This document shows positions 48,496 through 59,320 of a DNA stretch of 64,000 nucleotides, piece by piece. The notes below the pieces were generated by a model that saw only the letters and a list, made by a program, of their open reading frames with translations, made no database searches and had not been told where the DNA came from. Made by a program: the position numbers and the translations under genes. Each line of letters starts with the position of its first letter. The stretch's first letter is position 1. The stretch is from Takakia lepidozioides (Eukaryota; Plantae; Bryophyta): assembly GCA_030704615.1 (NCBI GenBank), contig CM060734.1, positions 54,002,001-54,066,000 on the forward strand, written 5' to 3'.

Positions 48496-51400
48496 CTATG
48501 CTGCAACCTCTTGAGCAGTACTCCCTACCTGCTCAGTCAATGACAAGGCCTCATCCTGCCCCATCATCTCATCCTTGAGGACCTCCTCAACTCGAGAAGA
48601 ATCCCCAACCTCATCCATCACAGCCGCCTTGGCTGCCAACTCCCTCTGAACCTCGAGCACCTCCCACGTGTGCCATGGATGCATGCACCCCGTGGTCCTC
48701 ATATGCTCGCCCCCACTCACTGCCTGTACCGTCTCGGTAGGCAGAGAGACCATTGAGGGAAGTGTATTCCGCACTCTGCGTTGCTCAGCTAGAGCCAAGC
48801 TGATAATCCAGGTCAAGCAATTGAGATCCATTGCTTGCCCCAACACTTGACGACGTGATGCCTCAGAAAGAGACGACACCGCCGTGGTACCAGTGGTAAA
48901 ACCCATTGCCCGCTCACGCTCGTCAGCATTAGGCTCCACTAACTGCTGCAACTGAGCATCCCACAGGAGGCCAGGTCCACTATCCCGGAAAGCATGCGAT
49001 CCTGGGAAGCTGAGCAGTGTAGGTAATGCTGCTCGTGGTTGACCCACCTTGTTGACCACTGCCAAAGGCGAACGGTCATCGTGTCTCACACGTTGAGACT
49101 GCCTCCCTGTGTCCAGAATGTTATCCACTGTGAGATGTGCTGGCCGCTGCACCCCATCAAATGCACGCTTGAGCAGTGCGGGTGGCATCATGTTAGTCCA
49201 CCATAGCCGTGGACGATGAGCCCGTGACCCCACTGTAGCTGCATCTAGCAACACTGCTGACCCAAGCCACGACCGGACTTGATGCACACTGGCCATCACC
49301 CTGGCCCGAGAATCGCCCATCAGTGGCACATTCTCCAAGATGTATGCTGGAGATACAGCTTGATGAAGCTGCAAGTGGCGCAAAACCCGCACCATCTCCC
49401 AAAACAGACCCGACCTCGAGTCTCGCAATCCATTGCCATGCCCGGCTGATGAATGCCCTTGGCAGGGCCAACCTGCCACTACCAGATCAATGGAGCCAAC
49501 CCGCTCCAAATCCTGCGCCCCCAGCAACGAAATGTCTGCTGGCAAGGCCTGCTGATATCCACGAATTGCAGACACCGACAACAACTCAGGGTACCGCTGC
49601 ACCAACTGAGCAACATGGCGAAGTGAAACGCGTCGTGCAGTCTCATCCCTCTCCACATACAGGTAACGCCGAACTCGTACACCTGCCTGTAACACAGCAG
49701 CCAATCCGGTGCTGATCCCGCCAAACAAGTCCAGAAGACAAATGCCTTCATCCGGAGACTGCCACACAATAGGTGTGGTGTCCAATGGAGACAATTGAGG
49801 TGGTCCTGGTGCAATCCCCACACTCTCCTCCTCTCCTGACGGTACAAAAGCCTCCACCCAGGCTTGTTGCACCCGTCGATCAGCATCCCGCTGCAAATCC
49901 TTGCTCGTGCCCCACAATGGAGTCTGAGCAACCATGGTAGGCAACTCCGCCATACCATACATGTCATCCTGCTCTCCCGGAGGTGGTACATCCTCTGAAT
50001 GAGCATTGCCCTCAAGCAACTCTCTAGGCCAACTCACTGCCGCTGTGAATGCTGCTAGTGTCGGCATCTTGCCTCGCTGGGCAACCGCAACTCCTCCTAT
50101 GAACGTCACAGGGAGCTGCACACGCCGGCCCTCCCCTGACTGCCATGCAGGCCTATAGGAAGCTGACTCCTCCCAAAAATCCAGGGTGAAGCCCATGGGG
50201 TACAACACTGCCCCACCAACCAGGACATCGTATGAGACTGCGTCTGTCACAATGGCCTTGGCTCGCATCACTGAGCCATCTGTAGGGTGATCCGGCCGTA
50301 GTCTGATAGCCAACTCATGCCGTGTCATGCCCCGAGCCTGCTCCGATCCTCCCAGAGACGTCTGTATCTGGAAAGGACAAGGCTCCATATCCGCCTCCGT
50401 GAGGCCCAAGCCTGCAATAGCAGCTCTGCCCAGCATCAGTGGCTGAGCTCCCGAGTCCAACAAGACTCGCAGTGGCCGGTACCTCTTGCCTGCCGGTCCA
50501 CTCAAACAGAAAATGCCATCCTGGTTGTCTAACATGACAACTCCAGGTGTCACCATGGCGCGCTCAATGGCTGGCCTAGCTGGCAGCTCCATCAACCTGG
50601 CAGCTGCAGCTTGCCATGGCGCCGCCGTGGCAGTCTTGACCCTCAAATCCGAGGATCCCTCCGGCACTACACCTCCCACTATCTCCGCAGAAGATGAAGT
50701 AACCTCCCCACTCTCACAGAGTGTAGCTGCCAGCCTGAACACCTCAGCTGGTCTTATCCCCGGCGTCGCAATCATGGTAGCCGAGAACAATGGAGCCTGG
50801 CACACAGATGTGGCCGCTCCTAGCAGCACACTAGCTGCCGTAGCCTTGGCAACACTAGGTAGTGGTGCTACCCGTGTAGCTCTCCCCAATGGCATAGTAA
50901 CCTCCGCCTCGGTAACAGTCGGGCGAGAACTAGGTGCCATGGATGGCGTCGACACTGTCTCCGCCAATGTGAATGACTGAGGAAGCCTAGCCTGACGGCT
51001 TGCCTCCCCACGCTGTGGATCCAACTCCACCTCTGCACCTCGTGGCTCAGGAACTCGTGCTGCTCCTCGAGTCACGGCTGCAGCAGACTCCACCTGCACT
51101 AGTGGTAGTGCTGCTCCACACATGAATCCCATGCCTCCCATATCTCCTCCCTCAGGAGCAGGAGGTGGACCATCCGGCCTTAGAGCCGGTACCACCTGAG
51201 CTGTAGCCATGGCAGCGAGCCTCTGCTCTAGCTGCTGAAGCCGGTTGGCCATGCCTTGGTCAACACCCTGACCTCCGCGTCCTTGGCCACGTTGAGCTTG
51301 CCCTTGGCCTGCACCTCGTGGCTGGCCACCTCGTCCTCTCTGGGCTGCTCCACCTCGCCCCCGGCCACCATTGTTCCCTTGGAACTGGCCTGGGCGCAAC

Positions 51401-52668
51401 TCAGGATGCAAACCATAACACTGAGCCTCTCCATGCCCGTGTTTGCCACAATGCCCACACTGCAACTGTGCAGGCTGTGCATGTGCCGGCCCTTTGCCTC
51501 CCTCTGGGACAATCCTTCTTGACATGGGGTCCTCCACATGTCCAGCACACCACATCCGCCCGTTGTTGGCCAGCAAATGAAGGGAGAGACCCCTGCATCT
51601 GAGGTCCTCTCTGCCCTTCCCTGAGCTTCACCTGAGCCCCCTTGTTGCCTTGAGCACGTTGAGGTAGTGGTTGGCTAGGAGCACCACTACCCCGTGGTGT
51701 CTCCTTAGCAAATCCCACCATGACCACTCGTTCCTCCACCATGTTGAGCTCTATCCGCTCTGCCAGCAAAAACACATTTGCTAAGGTGGGTTGGGCCGCT
51801 TGTAGGAGAGTTGCATCCCGCACCCTTCTCCTCAGCTCCTTGTCCAATATCCCATACCAGAATTGGACTGCCTGAGCTTCCGTAACCCCTTGGGTTACAT
51901 TTATCAAGCGCCTCATGCGAGTGAAAGCCTCCCTCAAGCTCTCGGTCGGCTTCCGTTGGAACTCTTGCAAGCTCCGCAACTTCTCTGTCCTCACCCCTTG
52001 GTAGTTCCCTCTCAACTCTTCGAAGAACTCCACAACAGGGTTGAAGGCAGGCACGGGTGCTAGTGCTGGTGCGGTAGTGGCTTGGGTGGACGTCGTAGCT
52101 ACTGTACCACCAGTCCCACTGCTGCTTGCTGAAGCTGCCGGTGCAGCGGCAGGTGTAGCCACTGCCCTCGTGGCTCTAGTGCCCCTAGTGATGGAGACAT
52201 AGTCGGGTGACCAGTACATCCTCCACTCCTCGATCTCAACCTCATGCCCCCGCCTGAACTCATGGTAATCATCCATAGGCGGCCCCTCAAGGTGCTGAAA
52301 CAGCCCTTCCATGCCATGAACGGCGTAAATAGTTGTGGATTGCGCATTTGCTGCAAATCACACCAACTATCAAACTCTTGGATAAAATCATCCAACTCAA
52401 TGGTGCCCACCGCCCCAGAGTACCTTCGTGGCCCCTTGGTAGCTCCATACATCTCCTCCATTGTGTCCCACAACAATGGCAAAGAAACAACTTGCACCGC
52501 CGGTATGAGCCCTCCTGATTCACAATCCGAATCAGAACCTTCCGTGGAAGACACAGGAGGTGAAGGTGGCCTAAACCGCACACCTCGTCTCGTGTACCCA
52601 CTAGTATCGCTAGTGCTCGAACCGGCACTGTCCCCAGCAACTAGTGGCACCTCCGTGTTGACACTCAA
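48496..52668 (-). CDS. Gag (two CCHC knuckles), aspartic protease and DNA (cytosine-5) methyltransferase; two compensating homopolymer indels
   Basis: CWTCGGPHVKKDC, CGHCGKHGHGEAQC, LLDSGA; DNMT motifs LDLFGG, YVERD, GWPCQ, ENV, HRPRLWW, ERERAMGF, RRQVLGQAM. First in-frame ATG at 52461; indels at ~52305 and ~51507. Confidence 0.9.
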
Positions 52669-53393
52669 CCGGTCATGAACATGTCCCTAACCCCCTCTTC
52701 ACAAGGTAACCGGGTAGAGAACCTGTTGCGGCTTATGGTTTGGAATACTAAGTTCCTAACATAGCCTACACCTGTACCTGCATCCACCGCAAGCACTCCT
52801 ATGGTTGGCTGGTCATCACCTCCAACCTCACCACAGGAGAAACAATGATGGTCTGGCTGGTCATCACCCCAGCCTCACCATCGACAGCATGCTCTAGGAC
52901 TGGCCGGTGATCAAATCCGGACCAATCACCTATAAAAACAAGCGCCCACACAAAACTAGCATGGCGCACAGTCAAGCATGCAGGTATGGAGGGGATCCAA
53001 ACACAAGAAATCAGATCGACAACTCCCCCACACCAAAAACAACTCCACGGTGTTGCTCCTGCAAGGACACCCCAGCCCAAACCCGGACTGACTCTTGCCT
53101 CCACCTACGGAAAGGTCTTGGCCTAATGAGAGGGTGGAAACTACGAGGAAGAGAAGCTAAAGCAATGCCTAACCCCAGCATGCTCTCATCCCAACACTCT
53201 GCCTCTCCTCTCTACCCTCACTTGCATGACCATGGGAATATCATGAAGATACTCCTCAAACCGCCCTCCACGAGCTTCAAAATTGGCCTTCCAGACCACA
53301 TGCCAGTCCTTAGGCAGTACACCAGTGCCTCCATGAGTCAGCACAGGTCAACACGGTCCACCACAGACCAGCACAGGCCCACACAGCTCACTG

Positions 53394-54900
53394 GTCACAG
53401 CCGTCACAGTCCCACAGGCCACTGGGCACAGCCTGTCGCAGCCCCTCACAGCCTGTCACAGCCTCAAAGGCCTCAGGCACGGCGTGTCACAGCCCCTCAC
53501 AGCCCGTCACAGCCCCAAGGCCATGGGCACGGCCTGTCACAGCCCCTCACAGCCCGTCACAGCCCCAAAGGCCTCAGGCACGGCCTGTCACAGCCCGTCA
53601 CAGCCCCAAAGGCCTCAGGCATGGCCTGTCACAGCCCCTCACAGCCTCAAAGGCCTCAGGCACGGCCTGTCACAGCCCCTCACAGCCCGTCACAGCCCCA
53701 AAGGCCATGGGCACGGCCTGTCACAGCCCCTCACAGCCCGTCACAGCCTCACAGGCACAGGGCACAGCCGTCAGAGCCTGTCACAGCCTGTCACAGCTTG
53801 CCACAGCCCGTCACAGCCCGTCACAGCCTCAAAGGCCTCAGGCACGGCCTGTCACAGCCCCTCACAGCCCGTCACAGCCTCAAAGGCCTCAGGCACGGCC
53901 TGTCACAGCCCCTCACAGCCCCTCACAGCCTCAAAGGCCTCAGGAACGGCCTGTCACAGCCCCTCACAGCCCGTCACAGCCCCAAAGGCCATGGGCACGG
54001 CCTGTCACAGCCCCTCACAGCCGTCACAGCCCCAAAGGCCTCAGGCACGGCCTGTCACAGCCCGTCACAGCCCCACAGGCCTCAGGGCACAGCCTGTCAC
54101 AGCCCCGCACAGCCCGTCACAGCCCCAAAGGCCACTGGGCACAGCCTGTCACAGCCTGACACAGCCCGTCACAGCCCCACAGGGCACAGGGCACAGCCCA
54201 TCACAGCCTGTCACAGCCCATCACAGCCCATCACAGCCTGTCACAGCCCGTCACAGCCCACAGGCCAGAGGGCACAGCCTGTCACAGCCCATCACAGCCC
54301 ATCACAGCTCCACAGGGCACAGGGCACAGCCTGTCACAGCCCATCACAGCCTGTCACAGCTTGCCACAGCCTGTCACAGCCCGTCACAGCCCCACAGGCC
54401 AGAGGGCACAGCCTGTCACAGCCCATCACAGCCCATCACAGCTCCACAGGGCACAGGGCACAGCCTGTCACAGCCCATCACAGCCCATCACAGCCTGTCA
54501 CAGCTTGCCACAGCCCATCACAGCCCGTCACAGCCCCACAGGCCACTGGGCACAGCCCGTCACAGCCCGTCACAGCCCCACAGGGCACAGGGCACAGCCT
54601 GTCACAGCCCCTCACAGCCCGTCACAGCCCCAAAGGCCTCAGGCACGGCCTGTCACACCCCTCACAGCCCGTCACAGCCATCAAAGGCCTCAGGCACGGC
54701 CTGTCACAGCCCCTCCACAGCCCCTCACAGCCTCAAAGGCCTCAGGCACGCCTGTCACAGCCCCTCACAGCTCGCCACAGCCTGACACAGCCCGTCACAG
54801 CCCCACAGGGCACAGGGCACAGCCTGTCACAGCTCGCCACAGCCTGTCACAGCCCCTCATAGCCCATCACAGCTTGCCACAGCCTGTCACAGCCCCACAC
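53394..54900. repeat. ~1.5-kb minisatellite (10-bp core GTCACAGCC[C/T] with AAAGGCCTCAGGCAC and AGGGCAC spacers) in the element's 5' leader
   Basis: Obvious tandem periodicity. Confidence 0.97.
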
Positions 54901-55389
54901 ATGGCCGCTCTGGCAGTTTAGCCATTTCTCCAAGGGGTTTAGCCACGCCAAGCTAGGATTTGTGTCTCTTGGACTCTAGGCTTCTTTCCACCGAGCTATG
55001 GTGGCTGTGAGGAAATCAGCAAGGTATCCTTGCTCTTTCGGCTCCCACACACCACCATAGTAGCCCTAAGCCATGAGGTGGTTGCCACAAACCAAGCCTT
55101 CTTTCTCACTTAGCCTCCCCAAACACGCCACTAAACTCAATGGCAAACAACCAAGCCCTGCTGGTTCCCAGCCCTTGTGAGCACTCATTCAAGCACTCTC
55201 ATTGGCCATAACATCTGTCTTAGAGCCTATTCCAGCCCTCTACACCTGTTGCTTCAAGAGTTGCGCTCCCTTCAAGCTTGAAGTTGAAACCCCAACTCAC
55301 ATAGGCCCTACAAGTGCTTTTCTTTCACTCCAAGTGGAAACCAGCCCTAGACCTTCCGTTCTAGCTCTCTAAGGCTTGAAAACAAGAGC

Positions 55390-55760
55390 CTCAATGGGCT
55401 GAAGGCATGCTCCACACATGCCCCACTCTCACCATAAGAGAATCAGCTCCTTTGCTTCATTTCTTGCACCCACAAACCTGAAAAATACAAGCTTCAGCAG
55501 GCTGAAAGCATGCTCTACATGCCCTACAGGGAAACCAGCCCCTTCCTTCCTTCCTTGCACTCCCACACCTGAAAGTGCAAGCCTTCACCAGGCTGATAGC
55601 ATGCTCCACACATGCATTGCCCTCACATAAGGGAAGTCAGCCCTTCCCTCTTCCTTGCTTGCCCTCCAAGCTTGAAGATGGAAGCTTCAATGAGCTGAAT
55701 ACATGCTCCACACATGCAACCTCTTCACACAAGAGATATCAGCCCCCTATCTTGGCTCCT
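55390..55760. repeat. Four imperfect ~100-bp repeats in the 5' leader
   Basis: gctga...catgctc.acacatgc recurs at ~55397, ~55501, ~55591 and ~55693. Confidence 0.6.
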
Positions 55761-56414
55761 TGGCTCCTTGATGCTCTCTAAGACAAGACTAAGCACTCCA
55801 TAGCCTTTGCCAAGCTCCTGAAACCCTAAGGCTTACATTTCCAGCCACAAGACACTTCTCTTGTGGTGCAAGAGCTCTTCTTCCAAGCTCTGTAACCCTA
55901 GGTGCACATTCCATGGCCTTGCCGCACCTCTTAGCTCCTGTTCCAGCCCTGCTCTGCCATGACAAGAGCCCTCTCAATGCTGAAGCTCGAGATTGAAACC
56001 CAATCTCACCATACTCCACAAAGTGCACTGATTTGCCCCAAGCCAAATCAGCCCTTTCGCTTGGTCTTGCAATCCTTCACACAGTGACAGCTCGCATTCC
56101 CAAGTCCAGTTCTCAGCTTTGCCACCAAAGCCACTATAACCTGCTCTTGACTGGTCCTCTTCCCAATCGTGCTTGCTCATGCATGTACACAATCTGAAAC
56201 CATCAAGGTGCTCTGGAATTACCTACAGTATGGTGCTTTCATCTCTGAAGCTGAAGATCGAATGCCAAGGTTACCACCTCGTAACCCACATCGCCTCCGC
56301 TTCTAACAACCAAGAGTTCCACGGTGCTCCTTGCATAACAACTTGGTTTCTCTCATTCTCAAGCAAAAACCACAAGTGCTACAACTAACTCGTATCTAGC
56401 ACTCATAGATACGA

Positions 56415-56430
56415 GCTCATCTTTCTCGAG
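56415..56430 (-). promoter_or_regulatory. Non-tRNA primer-binding site complementary to the element's own LTR (putative self-priming)
   Basis: CTCGAGAAAGATGAGC directly after the LTR end; 56415-56431 is a perfect 17-nt inverted repeat of 56595-56611. Confidence 0.7.
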
Positions 56431-56757
56431 TGATAAAGAAGAAGAATACAAGCACAAGCTCATGCGAGCTCACAAAGCTGAAGCATAAACTCATGCATAT
56501 ATAACCTCATCACTCAAATACAAGTCAAGCCAAGTGCACCCCACGCCATGGGGAATCCACACTACGGCGCCATAGCTAGGCGCGGTGAGGCTCAACTCGA
56601 GAAAGATGAGCCTCCCGCGCTTGCCGTGAAGATAACCACTCCAGGGCCTAAATCTGCCTTGACCCCTGGATTGACACTTGGGCCAATCCCAAATGTCAAT
56701 ATGTAAAAGCTAGCTATTTCCTAGCTAGTTTCACACTAGTGGTAAAATAACTTGACA
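56431..56757 (-). repeat. LTR segment B, 5'-terminal copy
   Basis: 327 bp matching 44584-44910. Confidence 0.93.
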
Positions 56758-56778
56758 GGGGGGTTAAAAATACCCCAT

Positions 56779-56799
56779 CCTGTGCACGCACGTGGCTAG
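56779..56799 (+). mobile_element. Possible Helitron 3' end (host element of the Gypsy insertion)
   Basis: Short hairpin cctgtgcacgcacgtgg followed by CTAG|T. Confidence 0.4.
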
Positions 56800-56828
56800 T
56801 ACATGTTGGCTGGGGTGTACCCCCCAGG

Positions 56829-57213
56829 TGTGGGATGCTTAGTTGCAGCAGTTAGTGGAGCTTAATGCTAACGAGCATGAGCGGGCGATGGGTTTTTCCA
56901 CTGGGACCACGGGGGTGTCGTCTCTCTCTGAAGCATCACGTCGTCAGATGTTGGGGCAAGCAATGGATCTCAATTGCTTGACCTGGATTATCAGCTTGGC
57001 TATGGTTGAGCAACGCAGAGTGCGGAATACACTTCCTTCGATTGTCTCTCTGCCTATCGAGACAGTATAGGCAGTGAGTGAGGACGAGCATGTGAGGACC
57101 ACGGGGTGCAGACATCTATGGCACATGTGGGACGTGCTCGAGGTTCATAAGGAGTTGGCAGCCAAGGCGGCGGTGATGGATGAGGTTGGGGAGTCTTCTT
57201 GGATTGAGGAGTG
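56829..57213 (+). pseudogene. Diverged fragment of the same retrotransposon DNMT C-terminus
   Basis: QQLVELNANEHERAMGFSTGTT...RRQMLGQAMDLNCLTWII aligns to ~48965-48580; contains stops. Confidence 0.9.
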
Positions 57214-57358
57214 TAGTGTGAATGCAGGGGAGTGACATTGAAATTTTTGTTTTTACTCATTGAGATTCTGCATTTCTACAAAGGAAGGGCCCTGGTACCA
57301 ATGTGAAAATAGGTTGAGTTGTCCCTGCAATTTATTCCATACATGTTTCTAAGTTACA

Positions 57359-58330
57359 TCATGGGAAAGGGTGAAAAAAAATGTGGGGTGAGGCTACCCT
57401 CTGCCCCAAGTTGTTCAATGGTCTCGCCGTCCACATTCTCGCCCAGTGCCTGTCTCTAATCCTCCCCAGAAAGTGCAGTAAGATCCCTTGTTCTGACAGC
57501 AATTTAGAGTGATCCTTAATGATGTTCATGTCGAGACTTAAAATTGGTTGATCTTCCGAGGATTTTGCAGCAACCTCGCTCCAGGTCTCAAGCTGTCTGT
57601 TCGGGGGAGAAGAGTATGGGACTGCACCAAGCAGACCAGGGCCACCAACCCTTCCAAAGTTACCGCTTCTTCTCCTTTCTCTCTGAGCCTTATTAGGACG
57701 GGAGTTGTTTATGGGAGGGCTACCAAAGACTGCATTGACCGGAGCCATGATGGGTAGCGCTAAAAGCATTGAATGGGAGGCTATGACCAGCCTTGAGGAC
57801 CAAAGCAAGATGAATAAGGAAGAGGGAAGCAGATCAGGGCTGCCGACGGATAGCTGTTTTTGACGAAGAGAGAAGGCCGGTAGTTGCGATGACCGGGGAG
57901 GAGATTGTGAGCCCAAAGATGAAGCAAGAATAAGGAGAGAGTGGAGAGAAAGTGACCAGGGGCAGGAACTTATTTGCCTCTCAGGCATTCGAAGGACTCC
58001 CGCTAGCTGCAGAGTTAATGTCCGTGGCAGCGAGACAAAAGGAGCTCCAGAGGGCGGGAAGAGAAGCCAACCTCTCAATATCCATATAAAGCGAGCTCAA
58101 TTTCCAAGAGAGGGGAGTGAAGGAGATAAGACAAAGCCATTGAAGAGCCATAGAGCGGGGAAAATCGCAGAAGATGGAGCGTTTTAGAGGGATGACACAT
58201 CTAGGGCAAGCCGAGAGAGAAGATGTACGGGGAGGATGCATTCGATGATGGAGAGAGGGTTCGGATGCTGCATTCGTTGCAAGCAGGGTGGGACTCGCAA
58301 ATCGGCTAAGTCCCCAGCCTCTCACCGGAA
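57359..58330 (-). mobile_element. Probable 5' region/ORF1 fragment of a LINE
   Basis: Pyrimidine-rich leader, then WSEVAAK...GILLHFLGR...WARMW, resembling the N-terminus of plant L1 ORF1. Confidence 0.35.
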
Positions 58331-58699
58331 CTTGCGGAGCACATCGTCCCCCCCCCCCCCCCCCATCCCCAATTTATACCCATATATTTTGTTAATGAAA
58401 TTGATATATCTGAGTAATGATGAGTATATGAGTAATGATTATTCAGTATGAACTTGATATACACGAGTAATATTATATACAAATAATATTTTTATATCTT
58501 GTTTATGTATCATTCAATGAGTTTTGTTTTGTTTTCAAATGACGTTTAACCTAGCTATGAAAGTGACATTATGTTTTGATGTACAAGAGTACACGTTCAG
58601 TAAATATTGATGTAAAATGTGTCACTAGTATATATAAATTAATGACCATATATAACACATGTACTCTTGCACATTTTGACACCACTGTATGGCTTATAT

Positions 58700-59320
58700 G
58701 GGTAATCCGTTTGTATGCAATCTGAACTTACAATGTATATTTGATATCCGACTAAAATGAGGTCTTATTGGCTTTTGTCAATATGTATGAATTATCAACA
58801 TCAAATGTAAAATTAGCCTAGTTAAATAACACTAATCAACCCATTTTTGACACTTTTTCATATGTGTATGGCTATACGTAAGAAAAGTTGCAATACCTTT
58901 TTGTTTTAAAATAAAAGGGGGAATTTTGTTAATAGGTCATGTAGTGTAACACTAACGCACTTAATAACACTCCTAAATTTATAATATTTTATATATGCGT
59001 ATGGTCAGAATGTGCTATACACTTTTGTTAATATGTATGAAATATCAACATGTGATGTAGCATCAGCCCACTTAAATGACACTCATAAATCCATTTTTGC
59101 ACAATTGTTCATATTTGTATGGCTCAATATGTGAAAATGTGCAATACATTTTTGTTAATATATATGAAATATCAACATCTTGTAATACTTATCCCCACTT
59201 AAATAATGGCACTCCTAAACTCACTTTTGCATATTTTTTCATATGTTTATAGCTTATTACACTAAAATGTGTCACATATTTTTGTTAATATATTAGATGA
59301 GATTCAACATCCGCAACAAT
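58700..59320. repeat. AT-rich ~125-bp imperfect tandem repeat
   Basis: ttttgt(t/c)aatat.tatgaa.tatcaacat recurs about five times. Confidence 0.6.

Larger units (their letters stand above)
44404..56757 (-). mobile_element. Ty3/Gypsy-type retrotransposon with C5 DNA methyltransferase and PHD finger; circularly permuted LTR arrangement
   Basis: TGTC...GACA termini, GGGGG on both flanks, gag-PR-DNMT-RT-RH-IN-PHD order. Repeats in element sense: B-internal-A-gc-B-ctat-A. Confidence 0.93.

Noticed and set aside
51500-52310. Programmed frameshifts in gag
   Set aside because: Both fall in short G or C homopolymers, compensate each other and lack slippery heptamers; likely errors or mutations.
52907-54921. 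651-, 433- and 186-aa ORFs
   Set aside because: They are translations of a stop-free minisatellite, antisense to the element.
44404-56757. DIRS/Ngaro/PAT tyrosine-recombinase element, suggested by the split repeats and a methyltransferase
   Set aside because: It encodes an aspartic protease and an HHCC/DDE integrase; no recombinase ORF was seen; the methyltransferase is C5-type, not Dam-like.
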